The notes: a model not told the origin generated them from the letters alone. 64,000 nucleotides of DNA from Cyanophora paradoxa CCMP329 (GCA_004431415.1 QPMI01000095.1:248001-312000); one strand, 5' to 3'. Shown: positions 51,629 through 61,003, counted from the first letter of the stretch. Numbers and translations are program-made.

Positions 51629-52855
51629 TTAAAAGTTGGAGACTTTCAGAGTCGAAATGTTGTAGCCATTGAGTATCATGACATTGTGACGGAGCGCGTA
51701 AATGTCAACCTGAACCGGCGCAGCATCTGTGCAACCGGAAACGGTCAGATCCATGTACGAACTTGCAGAGTTGAAGAAATCTTGGTAACCCATGACTGAA
51801 TTATGGAGCGAATCCTTCCCAGATTTAGAGAGAACAACACCGTAGATACAAGCATTTTCGAAGCCAAAGTCATTGTTTCCAACAGTGCAACCCTTGAAAT
51901 GTGTAGGAATATGATTAGCAGCGGAGAGGAAACCAGAAATGGGTTTATTAGAGATTTCAAGCGATCGGTTATTATGGAAAATTTGGAATTCATCGATTTT
52001 AACCGCAGAAGTGTAACCGCGGAAATCAGAATGAGTGTATTTCTCCAGTTTGTTGACATCGCGAACAGTCATAATAATTGAATGAACCAGACCGGAAACG
52101 TTAGCGAGTGAAACCTCGACCGCCTCACCAGAATCGGCGGTTTTCAGCGATCGCGTCTTTTTGTGGATGACTTCCGTAATCGGAATACGAATACCTCCCT
52201 GTTCATTCGCCATTTTAATGAGAGTCTCCGCCTCCGCAGAAGCGATATTAACGAATTGACAGATTAGCCCGCAATCAGTCATGGCGACAGATCCACCAGC
52301 GGGGACTTCTACAATCGAAGGTTCGCGGAAGTCTACCTCAATAGCGGGCATTTCCGCCAGGCAACAGAGTGGGAAGTACGCATCATCCCAGAAAGCAGCG
52401 GGAATTTTCACTACGTACTCAGATGAATAATTGGTAGATGCGCGGTTTGTCTCGGTATCAAGTCCAAGCGAAATATACATGCTACTAAGCGTGGCGTAAT
52501 CATTATCGATCAGAGTGTTTACAGTGATCCAATCGCCAGGAATCATATACTTAAAACCACCATGGGTAAAACGAACTTCTTTAATGTAAGAAGCGCCGCC
52601 ATTGGGTAGTGTGCATTCCTGACCACCACCGGTAGTAACCTTAAAGTAAAGCGAAACGCCACTTAGTAGTTGCTTGCGTGGTAGATCAAAATAAGCGGTT
52701 GTTTTGAATCCGAAAGTGTTACCGCGTGGGCGAACCTGTTCAAGGAACGGCTTATACTTGGCGTTGGTTCCGATTTGAAGACCGGGAGATAGATAAATTT
52801 GATCCGATCCGGGAGTAACGAGGAGTTCCTTTAAAGTTGTGCCTGAAATCGACAT
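51629..52855 (-). CDS. Double jelly-roll major capsid protein, NCLDV-MCP-like (408 aa)
   Basis: FDLPRKQLLSGVSLYF, YIKEVRFTHGG...IPGDWI, VVKIPAAFW...FPLCCL.....IEVDFR and C-terminal VDIYALRHNVMIL parallel conserved NCLDV/Polinton MCP blocks. Lies between the ATPase and penton genes. Confidence 0.8.
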   Translation of the reverse strand: MSISGTTLKELLVTPGSDQIYLSPGLQIGTNAKYKPFLEQVRPRGNTFGFKTTAYFDLPRKQLLSGVSLYFKVTTGGGQECTLPNGGASYIKEVRFTHGGFKYMIPGDWITVNTLIDNDYATLSSMYISLGLDTETNRASTNYSSEYVVKIPAAFWDDAYFPLCCLAEMPAIEVDFREPSIVEVPAGGSVAMTDCGLICQFVNIASAEAETLIKMANEQGGIRIPITEVIHKKTRSLKTADSGEAVEVSLANVSGLVHSIIMTVRDVNKLEKYTHSDFRGYTSAVKIDEFQIFHNNRSLEISNKPISGFLSAANHIPTHFKGCTVGNNDFGFENACIYGVVLSKSGKDSLHNSVMGYQDFFNSASSYMDLTVSGCTDAAPVQVDIYALRHNVMILNGYNISTLKVSNF

Positions 52856-52908
52856 GATCTTATGTTTAAAATACGAAAAGAAAATTTTAATTTACTTTAT
52901 TAAACAGA

Positions 52909-53811
52909 ATGACGCGTTATTATCTAAATATTGATTCCCGAGACCGGGACGAAGGAACCCCCACAAACTATTCTTATAAACTTCCCCATGCAATCCAAAA
53001 TGTTAAAGCGTGTCGTGTTACTAATTTCGAAATGTTCAATAACATTTACAATCTAAGCGAGGATGGAGTACTCACAACATCAACATATGACGCAGGAGGT
53101 GTTATTAAAAATAAAAATAATCTCATTGCGAAAGGATCATATACCATAGATAGTTTAGTAAATCTTCTAAATGCTACGATATCAACACAGGTGTATAGTA
53201 CAGCGGGAACAACTTATACCCGTCACTTCAATGTCTCATATAACCCCACATCAATGCGACTTAGAATTATGGGAGAGTCTGAATTCAATCTTAAGTTTGG
53301 TAGTCTTATTTTAGCCAATTTCCTCGGATTTCCAGAAACGGTACCGCAAGAGTCAGCGGAAGGTTACCCATCGGTTCTGTTTGATTTACCGGTAACCGTT
53401 GGTGCTTACACATATACCAATTACCTTGACAGCGTCATAGCGGTCGATCTCCTGTTTAATTCGTACATCCTTTTACATGTCGATCCACTCAAAGGTAATT
53501 ACGTAAGCAAGAACACCAGCGATGACAAAGCGCTCGCTAAAATTGAGATTGACCAAGAGGTAGGACATCTTCTAAAATATGATTCTACCAATAACTCTAT
53601 GATCATTCATGAACAAAACGGATTAGTGGAAGTTGAGACGCTCAAAGTGCGTTTAACGTATTGGAATGGTGTAGAAACTGATATTACCACGGATTGGTCA
53701 ATGACATTAGAACTTTTCACCGAAGATGAACAAGAACTAACAAAAGCATCATTAAAGAGTATCATAAGAGATTTAGAGGCTGTTTATCTACCGTTTGGTC
53801 GAAACTATTAA
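52909..53811 (+). CDS. Minor capsid (penton) protein, single jelly-roll (300 aa)
   Basis: N-terminal LNIDSRDRD....YSYKLP...NV, internal G.YT...L...LN, and C-terminal LKVRLTYWNG..D...DWSMTLEL, typical of PLV/NCLDV penton-like proteins. Confidence 0.8.
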   Translation: MTRYYLNIDSRDRDEGTPTNYSYKLPHAIQNVKACRVTNFEMFNNIYNLSEDGVLTTSTYDAGGVIKNKNNLIAKGSYTIDSLVNLLNATISTQVYSTAGTTYTRHFNVSYNPTSMRLRIMGESEFNLKFGSLILANFLGFPETVPQESAEGYPSVLFDLPVTVGAYTYTNYLDSVIAVDLLFNSYILLHVDPLKGNYVSKNTSDDKALAKIEIDQEVGHLLKYDSTNNSMIIHEQNGLVEVETLKVRLTYWNGVETDITTDWSMTLELFTEDEQELTKASLKSIIRDLEAVYLPFGRNY

Positions 53812-53872
53812 GCCAATTATCCGCTAAATGTGATATGATATATCGCTAATTATTTTTGTTTCAGTATTACAA

Positions 53873-54622
53873 ATGGCTCGTAAGACTCAACCGAAGAATT
53901 TCTTAGAAAAACCCGTTGAACAGGCAGAACCAGAACGGAAGCAATACAAGAAATCGAAAGGAACCGCAGCATACGAAAGCGGTGATATTGATAAGACTAT
54001 CGATAATACAATTAATTCCCATGCTGTGGCGCCGGTAGATGATACTAACGATTCTAACGCTCTTATTGATCAAGTCCCGCTAAACAAGATGCCGGGCGCT
54101 AAGCGTGGTATCAAAAAGGGGCAATTCAAAAGCGCAACGCTTGATAAAGTAGCGAAAAAATCGACTCTTCTTAAACTTCTCGATGGTGGTGAGCGTCTAT
54201 ATTCAACTTATTCAGAAAAAGACCGCCGGAACCGCTACTTTATTAGATCAACAAAAGGTAATCTAAGAACAGTACCATACAGACATGCTAAAAGTCTCGT
54301 TGATGGTATCGCAGAAGAGGTAGAGAAAGAGAAGAAGATAACGGAGGAACCGATAACCAAAAAGAAGGTAGCAAAGAAACCCGATGTTACGTTCGATGTC
54401 CTACCGGATCCAATCAAAGAAGAAAAGACCGCAACAAATGAATTAATCGCTAAAACGATTGATTACCAAGAATCCAATAAAACGGATTTGCCGGTGCTTA
54501 ACAAGAATATACTAAGGGTTGCTACATCACAATCTGACCCGATTAACTCGATTCCAAATGGTGCGCCGATGCTTTCAGGATTCGCTAAATTGCGCATCCG
54601 TCCGGGATACATGAGGGCATAG
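53873..54622 (+). CDS. Lys-rich hypothetical viral protein (249 aa), possible core/DNA-binding protein
   Basis: Intact ATG-initiated ORF in the structural block, K/E-rich, no recognised family. Confidence 0.7.
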   Translation: MARKTQPKNFLEKPVEQAEPERKQYKKSKGTAAYESGDIDKTIDNTINSHAVAPVDDTNDSNALIDQVPLNKMPGAKRGIKKGQFKSATLDKVAKKSTLLKLLDGGERLYSTYSEKDRRNRYFIRSTKGNLRTVPYRHAKSLVDGIAEEVEKEKKITEEPITKKKVAKKPDVTFDVLPDPIKEEKTATNELIAKTIDYQESNKTDLPVLNKNILRVATSQSDPINSIPNGAPMLSGFAKLRIRPGYMRA

Positions 54623-54635
54623 CCCGACATTTGCG

Positions 54636-54675
54636 AAGCCCAGCGTTAAGCCCAGCGTTAAGCCCAGCGTTAAGC
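54636..54675 (+). repeat. 12-bp tandem repeat (AAGCCCAGCGTT)x3.3 in the central non-coding region of the element
   Basis: Read directly; the core AGCGTTAA recurs at about 54711. Confidence 0.9.
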
Positions 54676-54932
54676 ATCATTCTAACGTTAAAATTTTCTT
54701 TACAAAGAATAGCGTTAAACATCCATCTCCGAATTTTAGCGCTCACGTTTTGCTTAATTTTTTTTAAGCGGCGTTGTAGAGAAGTTGTGATATCCATGTA
54801 TCACGCTTTTTCATCACCTGTTCTACGGGGTTCATTCGTAGAATCGAGGAGGCGAAGACCTTCAGCTTATTTTTCCGGGCATCTTCTTATTAACGATGCG
54901 CAATGTTCCAAAACATCATACATACGAGACAA

Positions 54933-54961
54933 AAAATGATTTAAAGATTTCTCGCTATATA
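54933..54961 (+). promoter_or_regulatory. Putative early promoter AAAATGATTTAAAGA...TATATA upstream of ORF 54987
   Basis: 14/15 identical to the motif at 55405-55419; both start 52-54 nt before the ATG. Confidence 0.55.
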
Positions 54962-54986
54962 TTAGAAGAGGATCAACAGAGACACA

Positions 54987-55226
54987 ATGGTAAGCGAAGC
55001 GCATAAGAAAGCAACAATGCGTTATCTGAAAACTGAGAATGGGAAGGCATACCTTACAAAATACAAGAATGCTCTAAAAGAACTCTATAAGACCGATGAA
55101 TGTTATCGATCTATGAAGATTGTGAAGAGTTCACAAAACGCTTATATTGCTAATGCGGTATGTTTCGTAAAATATCTATTTGGTGTTCCTCGTACCAATC
55201 GAGGACGTCCACCAATATATTGTTAA
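54987..55226 (+). CDS. Small basic viral protein (79 aa) with a C-terminal AT-hook-like RGRP
   Basis: Intact ORF preceded by the shared promoter motif; contains HKKATMRYLKTENGK and NRGRPP. Confidence 0.6.
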   Translation: MVSEAHKKATMRYLKTENGKAYLTKYKNALKELYKTDECYRSMKIVKSSQNAYIANAVCFVKYLFGVPRTNRGRPPIYC

Positions 55227-55404
55227 TTAGTTTTCTCGGCGCGCTTGCTCTGAGAAAGACCCAAACCGCGGTAATCGCGCTGAAACGTTAGGCGTTCACT
55301 TCGAGTTATTTTTAGAATCATCAAATGATGGTCGACCCCTTTGTTATTTTTAAAATTGCTTGACCGGTAAATTTTCCCGATCGGTCAAAAAAATCTCATG
55401 GAAT

Positions 55405-55439
55405 AAAATGACTTAAAGAATTCTTTTCTTGTATATATA
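55405..55439 (+). promoter_or_regulatory. Putative early promoter AAAATGACTTAAAGA...TATATATA upstream of the polymerase-helicase gene
   Basis: Second copy of the motif at a matching distance from the ATG (55457). Confidence 0.55.
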
Positions 55440-55456
55440 ATAAGAAAACAAGCAAA

Positions 55457-58400
55457 ATGCCCCGAGCATCGAATCTGAGACTGCGAAAGAAGAAGCAAGA
55501 GACGGTGGCGAAGGCGATGGAAGCCTTTGTGACCGATAAAATCACTCGTGAGAAGTTTGAGGAGTACCTTGATCTGATCACTTACCAGCGTCCGAGAGAG
55601 GAGAAGTTAGATAATACCATTACTGAACTGAATCGTGTTCTTTACCAACGGTTTGAGCGTAAGCAACAGAAGAAGGCGGCGAAAGCCGAGAAGTTGGCGC
55701 GCAAGCGTCGGGATCCGTTTGAGAAAATGATGGCGAACCTTCGTGAGTATATCCAGAACTCACCAGGAAACATGGTAACTCTGCATGTCCGTATTTACAA
55801 GGACATCTCACCCGGTGAGATTCCAAACCTTCCCGCTAACTCTAATGTAGTCGAAGAAGATGGTACGTTCTACTACGAGATGAAGAAGACAAGTAGTAAC
55901 CAACCGCTCTCCATTCAGTGTTCCAAAGCGAATTTTTTAAATGCACTTGACAAAATCAATACCACATTTAATACCTTCCCGGCTCTGATGGGCGTTGAGA
56001 ATATCCAAGAGTTCATGTTTGCAATTCTAAAAGAGAATGCGGGAAATCGTGATTTTCGGTACTTTGTAGTAGTTCAAAATGATATTTACGGTAACATCCT
56101 GACATTTGAGCGAATCATCACCACCGACAACCAAACTTATACACCGAGACAACTACAACCACTTCGTGATACTCAATATGCTCCGATGATTATTTCGAAG
56201 TATATTCGCAATGAGACTAACCCACAAGCGAAAACGTTGGAGGAACTCTTTATCCGGGGCGATAAATTTAAAGTGGGTCGTTGTGTTCCCGATGTCCTTG
56301 TTATGCACTTTGCCCGAGCATTTCAGAAAGCGCAAGGGAAAGGTAAGTATAAATCCGTGAATTGGTCGCATGAAGGTATATTTAAAATGATTCGTGGGCG
56401 TGAACCTGTTGAGGGTGATGATTGGGGCTTTACTTTCGAGGAAATCGTAGAAAAAGTTCTTACTCCTTACCGTCTTGGATTTGTCACAATCGACAAAGAC
56501 GACAAGACCGAAATACCGGAACTCACTTATAAACCAAACACCAGAAATACCCACCTAACCCCATCGGTTGCATACGTGAAAATCGAAAGTGGACACTTAT
56601 ACCTTCTTAATGAAAATCTCAAATCTCTCACTCACTCATTCAATGGTTCGAAGTCGAATTCCGACACAAACCTTTCGGTGGGTTCGCGATTCAAGATTAT
56701 CAAGCAAAGAAAACATCGCGAATTTGCGGCAACTCCCGAGGATATTGTGAAAATCATTAATTCGGAGGAGATGAAGAACCAGAGCAAAATTTCGATTTGT
56801 TACAGTGGATACCTTGACGATCTCCTTAAAACATTCATCGTCGATGTTAATTACCAAGTTCACGCCGGACTATCGCCGATGCGCAAGGTTACACACATTC
56901 ATTTCACCTATGGCGAAAAGAGTATTACGATCACACCACCCGGTTCAGATACAGACGTAGAGACAGCCTACCAGATTAACTTTAAGGATGCTGAATATCG
57001 CGATAAGTTCGAGCGTCTGAATCTTTTAATGTATCTGAGTCTTGTGAACACTAATAATAAGAGTACGTACAATGATCAAACCGCTACAGCTTTTCGCATT
57101 GGTTCACAGACTGCCCTACGTGGATTTTTCGATTTGGATAAGGAGACCATTGAAGAGATTGGGTGGAACAGGAATATTTACGAACACGATGTGTGCAAAG
57201 CCTACCCTGCAATCATTGCGAAACAGATAGAAAATATTCCAGTTGTGGGTAAGTTCGATTATTTCCAAAAGACAGTCGTAACTTCCGCGGATCAGATCGA
57301 AAAGTATAACTTCTACTACGTAAAATTGAAGTCCAAGTTTTTCAAAACCATGAAAAATTCGGATGGAACTACGTACGAACTGAACATTTACAATCGCTAT
57401 AAGCGAATGCTGATTGATTCACGTTACAATGTCATCCCCGGTTTGGTTCTCAAAAAACATTATGAGGATGTCAAAGATGATATTACCATTAAGGCGGTTC
57501 TCAGACCATATAAATTGGTTCCAAACTACTCAGGCGATGTGATCAAGCAAATTATGGAGTCTGACCTTCACCCAACAGATAAAAAGCAAATGCTTGTATC
57601 AAACATTGGGCAAATCGGAAAACAGAAGAACCATAAAGTAAAAACCACGATCTTTAACAAGCGCGATGATGCCGTTGAATTCCAAAAGCAACATGGCGGA
57701 GAGGTGAAACTATACGTTTTTGGTAAAGATCCTACAACGTATGACCCAACTTGTTACGTCGTTGCTGAGGAAAATATCACAGAGCCACACTTCTATTATG
57801 TGAATCAAGAAGCCGAAAAGTACCTTACTGATGGTTTCTTACCATTCCACAATCTCATGTATTCCATCATGCGAATGAATCTTTACGAGAAAACCGTGGA
57901 GCTAAGTAAGAAAGGATCCCATCCAATCTCTGTTAACACTGACTGTGTGTACACAATCTCGTGTGATCCCATCCAAACTCATACTTTCGATCGCAACAAC
58001 TACGACAACATCGGAAAGTTCAGCGTGAACCACTGCCCCAATTTCATTAAGAAGTATACCGGGAAGAACAAGGAGTTTGAACTTAAGAAGTTGCATTATG
58101 GAAAGATTGAGAGAGATGAGGATTTCGTGAAGTTGGAAAAGTTAAACTACATAGTTCACTCAGTGGTTGATGAATACAACACTCCCGCGATTTGCGATAC
58201 TCTCGAAACTCTTAAACGTTGTATCATTCTCGGAATCGTTCCAGGAGTTGGTAAGACATTCATAGCCACTCAGCTTGCGAAACGCTTCAAAAATCCACTT
58301 TTCATTGTTCCGACTAACAAGAGAATTCGCGACATGAAACTACAACATGGTCTTCCCAATGTTAAGACCATTTATGATGCCCTACATCTGAAAGTTGACG

Positions 58401-59518
58401 ATTCAAACATGGACGAAGTTGTAGGTGGAAATGCTGCGGGATTGGCTGAATATGATGGTATCTTTATTGACGAAGTGTGTCAGTTCACAGTTTCGGAGTT
58501 GGCGGCGCTTGCTCACATTATGTTAGTGCTATTCCCTGATAAGGTTTACATCGCCACGGGCGATCCTTACCAAAATCCACCCATCCAAGATATGACAGTA
58601 GACCAGAAACAATACTATTCGTACATTCTTCGTCTTCTATTCCAGAACGAATTAGTATTGAAGGTCAATAAGCGTCACAAGTCCCAGAAGGATAAAGACA
58701 CTGTCGAGGAAATCAAACAAGATCTATTCGAGAATGGTATGAGCATCCCGGATGTCATCAAAAAGTACAAGTTTGAGACAGTTAATACTTTGGGGAAGGA
58801 TGACAGGGCGATAGTTTACACCAATCGCAAGGCGGCGGAAGTGAACCTACAACTCCACAAAATGAACCATGGCGAAGACGTCCCGATCTACGCGAAGGGT
58901 GTGGAAATTGTCGCAAAACAAAGGATCGTGAAGAGTGGCGTGACAATTCACAATGGGTTCACTTACACCATTAAGGCGTTCGATGATAAAGAGTTCGTCA
59001 TCGAAGACGTCGCGACAAATGAGGTAATCACATTAGACCCGCCGGCAATGCGATACTTTGCGCTTCCATACGCTTACACTTGTCACGTGGTTCAAGGTGA
59101 TACCATCGAATGCGAAAACGGTAACATCGTCATCTACGAATCGGGCGCCCCATACGTTTCGGCGGAATGGTTCTATACCGCAATCACCCGAACGACCGAA
59201 CTAAGCCGTGTGAAGATTTACCATGATGGTTACGAGTGGGCGGATTTCGTCGTTAACATGAAGAAGTTTAACGAGAGACTCGAACAGTACAAGGAGCAAG
59301 ACCGAAAGGCAAATCGACCATTTGATGAAAAGGATTATGTCAATTGGGAGTGGATTAAGAAACGTTACGGCAAACAATATGGTCATTGCCTGCGCTGTTA
59401 CGGTGGTATGGATTTCGATTTAAGTGTAATTTCGGTGGATCGGATCAATAACGCGTTACCCCATACTACTAAAAATTGTTTCCTGTCCCATATTAAGTGT
59501 AACTGCGCTGCTCAATAA
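55457..59518 (+). CDS. Multidomain replication protein (1353 aa): putative terminal protein / vOTU-like domain, divergent protein-primed PolB, SF1 (RecD/Pif1-like) helicase, C-terminal HNH/Zn domain
   Basis: PolB-like motifs A (EHDVCKAYP), B (KQMLVSNIGQIGK) and C (SVNTDCVY). SF1 motifs GIVPGVGKT, IFIDEVCQ, GDPYQNPPI, YAYTCHVVQGDT and FYTAITR. C-terminal CLRC...SVDRINNALPHTTKNC...H..CN. Confidence 0.85.
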   Translation: MPRASNLRLRKKKQETVAKAMEAFVTDKITREKFEEYLDLITYQRPREEKLDNTITELNRVLYQRFERKQQKKAAKAEKLARKRRDPFEKMMANLREYIQNSPGNMVTLHVRIYKDISPGEIPNLPANSNVVEEDGTFYYEMKKTSSNQPLSIQCSKANFLNALDKINTTFNTFPALMGVENIQEFMFAILKENAGNRDFRYFVVVQNDIYGNILTFERIITTDNQTYTPRQLQPLRDTQYAPMIISKYIRNETNPQAKTLEELFIRGDKFKVGRCVPDVLVMHFARAFQKAQGKGKYKSVNWSHEGIFKMIRGREPVEGDDWGFTFEEIVEKVLTPYRLGFVTIDKDDKTEIPELTYKPNTRNTHLTPSVAYVKIESGHLYLLNENLKSLTHSFNGSKSNSDTNLSVGSRFKIIKQRKHREFAATPEDIVKIINSEEMKNQSKISICYSGYLDDLLKTFIVDVNYQVHAGLSPMRKVTHIHFTYGEKSITITPPGSDTDVETAYQINFKDAEYRDKFERLNLLMYLSLVNTNNKSTYNDQTATAFRIGSQTALRGFFDLDKETIEEIGWNRNIYEHDVCKAYPAIIAKQIENIPVVGKFDYFQKTVVTSADQIEKYNFYYVKLKSKFFKTMKNSDGTTYELNIYNRYKRMLIDSRYNVIPGLVLKKHYEDVKDDITIKAVLRPYKLVPNYSGDVIKQIMESDLHPTDKKQMLVSNIGQIGKQKNHKVKTTIFNKRDDAVEFQKQHGGEVKLYVFGKDPTTYDPTCYVVAEENITEPHFYYVNQEAEKYLTDGFLPFHNLMYSIMRMNLYEKTVELSKKGSHPISVNTDCVYTISCDPIQTHTFDRNNYDNIGKFSVNHCPNFIKKYTGKNKEFELKKLHYGKIERDEDFVKLEKLNYIVHSVVDEYNTPAICDTLETLKRCIILGIVPGVGKTFIATQLAKRFKNPLFIVPTNKRIRDMKLQHGLPNVKTIYDALHLKVDDSNMDEVVGGNAAGLAEYDGIFIDEVCQFTVSELAALAHIMLVLFPDKVYIATGDPYQNPPIQDMTVDQKQYYSYILRLLFQNELVLKVNKRHKSQKDKDTVEEIKQDLFENGMSIPDVIKKYKFETVNTLGKDDRAIVYTNRKAAEVNLQLHKMNHGEDVPIYAKGVEIVAKQRIVKSGVTIHNGFTYTIKAFDDKEFVIEDVATNEVITLDPPAMRYFALPYAYTCHVVQGDTIECENGNIVIYESGAPYVSAEWFYTAITRTTELSRVKIYHDGYEWADFVVNMKKFNERLEQYKEQDRKANRPFDEKDYVNWEWIKKRYGKQYGHCLRCYGGMDFDLSVISVDRINNALPHTTKNCFLSHIKCNCAAQ

Positions 59519-60576
59519 TGGATAACGTGTTATCTTACAAGAAGTATCGCCAGAAATTGATAAATGATAAAGTTAATTTTGATGAAGAAGAATTGAAAAA
59601 ACGATTTTTAAACTCAGAAGTTCACCAGATATTTAAGAAACCACAAAAGCCTAAAACATTTCTAAGAATTGTCGCAAAGCCACGATCATTTCAAGTAGAC
59701 ATTATGTATTTTAAAGGATATCAAACAGCAAACAATGGAATTTTTAAGATGATAAGTTTTATTGACATATTAAGTCGAAAGGCGTACGTGTATCCTTTCA
59801 AAACAAACCAAGATATCCCAAGTATTCTTAATCGGTTCAAACAGGACGCCGGAAAGGTCGCCGCTCTATCGGGAGATAATGAGTTTTCCAGTGCAATTTA
59901 TCGCAATTGGTGCGGAGAACATGGAGTCAGACTATATACCGATGTTGCTAAGGATGAACATATTACAGTTGGTGATAAACTCGGAATTATCGATAGATTC
60001 ACAAGGACTTTCAAGCAATATTTAAGGAAGGCAATGACAGCAAAGGGGACAACGAAATGGATCGATCTATTAAGTGAAGTTCTCGATGTTTATAATAATT
60101 CGCCTCATAGTGCTTTGAAAAATGACTCACCAAATGCTGTGTATTCTGATGAAGATAAACAGCTATACATTTACCTTCGGGATACTGTCCACAATAACAA
60201 CGTAAAGGGAAATGAGAAAGTTGATGTAAAACCAGGTGATACTGTTCGAGTGTTTGAAGGTAAAAAAAGTGCGTTTGAAAAGGAAGGTGCGCGATTCAGT
60301 CAGAAGGTCTTTAAAGTTGGAAGACCTGACGGTAACCGGTTTAAAGTATTGGAGGACATGGACGGAGAAGTAAAGGAAGTAAAGCGACGTTTCAAGAAGC
60401 AAGAATTACAGAAAGTGAAAGAAACCGAAATTATTAAAATTCCATCACAGAAACGAATAGAGAGAGTCAAGAAAACGAATAAAGTTAATGAAAAGTTAAA
60501 GAAAGAAGGCATTAAACCCAATCGTAGTAACATCGTGAGACGAAAGTATAATCTAAGAAGTCGAAGTCGAGCATGA
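59518..60576 (+). CDS. Retroviral-like (rve) integrase (352 aa)
   Basis: FQVDIM, IDILSRKAYVYP, LSGDNEF, GIIDRFTRTFK, WIDLL..V...YNNSPHSAL...P and KPGDTVRV. The last 10 codons lie inside the right TIR. Confidence 0.93.
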   Translation: MDNVLSYKKYRQKLINDKVNFDEEELKKRFLNSEVHQIFKKPQKPKTFLRIVAKPRSFQVDIMYFKGYQTANNGIFKMISFIDILSRKAYVYPFKTNQDIPSILNRFKQDAGKVAALSGDNEFSSAIYRNWCGEHGVRLYTDVAKDEHITVGDKLGIIDRFTRTFKQYLRKAMTAKGTTKWIDLLSEVLDVYNNSPHSALKNDSPNAVYSDEDKQLYIYLRDTVHNNNVKGNEKVDVKPGDTVRVFEGKKSAFEKEGARFSQKVFKVGRPDGNRFKVLEDMDGEVKEVKRRFKKQELQKVKETEIIKIPSQKRIERVKKTNKVNEKLKKEGIKPNRSNIVRRKYNLRSRSRA

Positions 60577-61003
60577 ATTATTTTTATTAAACTTTTGGTT
60601 AAAAGTTACTGTGAATCGTGCGGAATCTTTGTAGAAGAGTCGCGAAAAAAGACACAACGGGCTTCTTACTGTTTATCGTGCGGAATCTTGTGGAATTGTG
60701 GGAGACACTGCATAGAAAATGGTGTGAATCAAGTGTACAGCGGGCTGTTACGGTGGATCGTGTGGTGATTCGATGAAGTTGTATTTTTTTGGATCTTGAC
60801 ACTGAGCCTTACGGTGATTTTCGAAAAGATTCGATGCTGTTACGGTGGATCGTGTGGTGATTCGATGAAGTTGTATTTTATCGATTAATTTTTCGATCGT
60901 GACACTGAGCCTTACGGTGATTTTCGAAAAGATTCGATGCTGTTACGGTGGATCGTGTGGTCGCGCGAGGTTATTGTTTGGAGACACTGCGCCAAGCTGA
61001 GCT
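60546..61003 (-). repeat. Right terminal inverted repeat (458 bp)
   Basis: Reverse complement of 50315-50772; ends ...GCTGAGCT, followed by the TSD CCGGG. Confidence 0.95.

Larger units (their letters stand above)
50315..61003. mobile_element. Endogenous Polinton-like virus (Maverick/PLV-type), 10,689 bp, apparently intact
   Basis: Abrupt switch to AT-rich, intron-free DNA; 458-bp TIRs with AG...CT termini; CCGGG direct repeat on both flanks (50310-50314, 61004-61008); encodes ATPase, MCP, penton, pPolB-helicase and rve integrase. Confidence 0.95.

Noticed and set aside
54585-54939. Short ORFs spanning the 12-bp repeats
   Set aside because: No convincing start or promoter; better explained as a non-coding spacer.
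50315-61003. Bacterial/phage contamination or a Helitron explanation for the AT-rich island
   Set aside because: TIRs, TSD, rve integrase, DJR capsid and A32 ATPase fit a Polinton-like virus; no HUH Rep motifs accompany the SF1 helicase.
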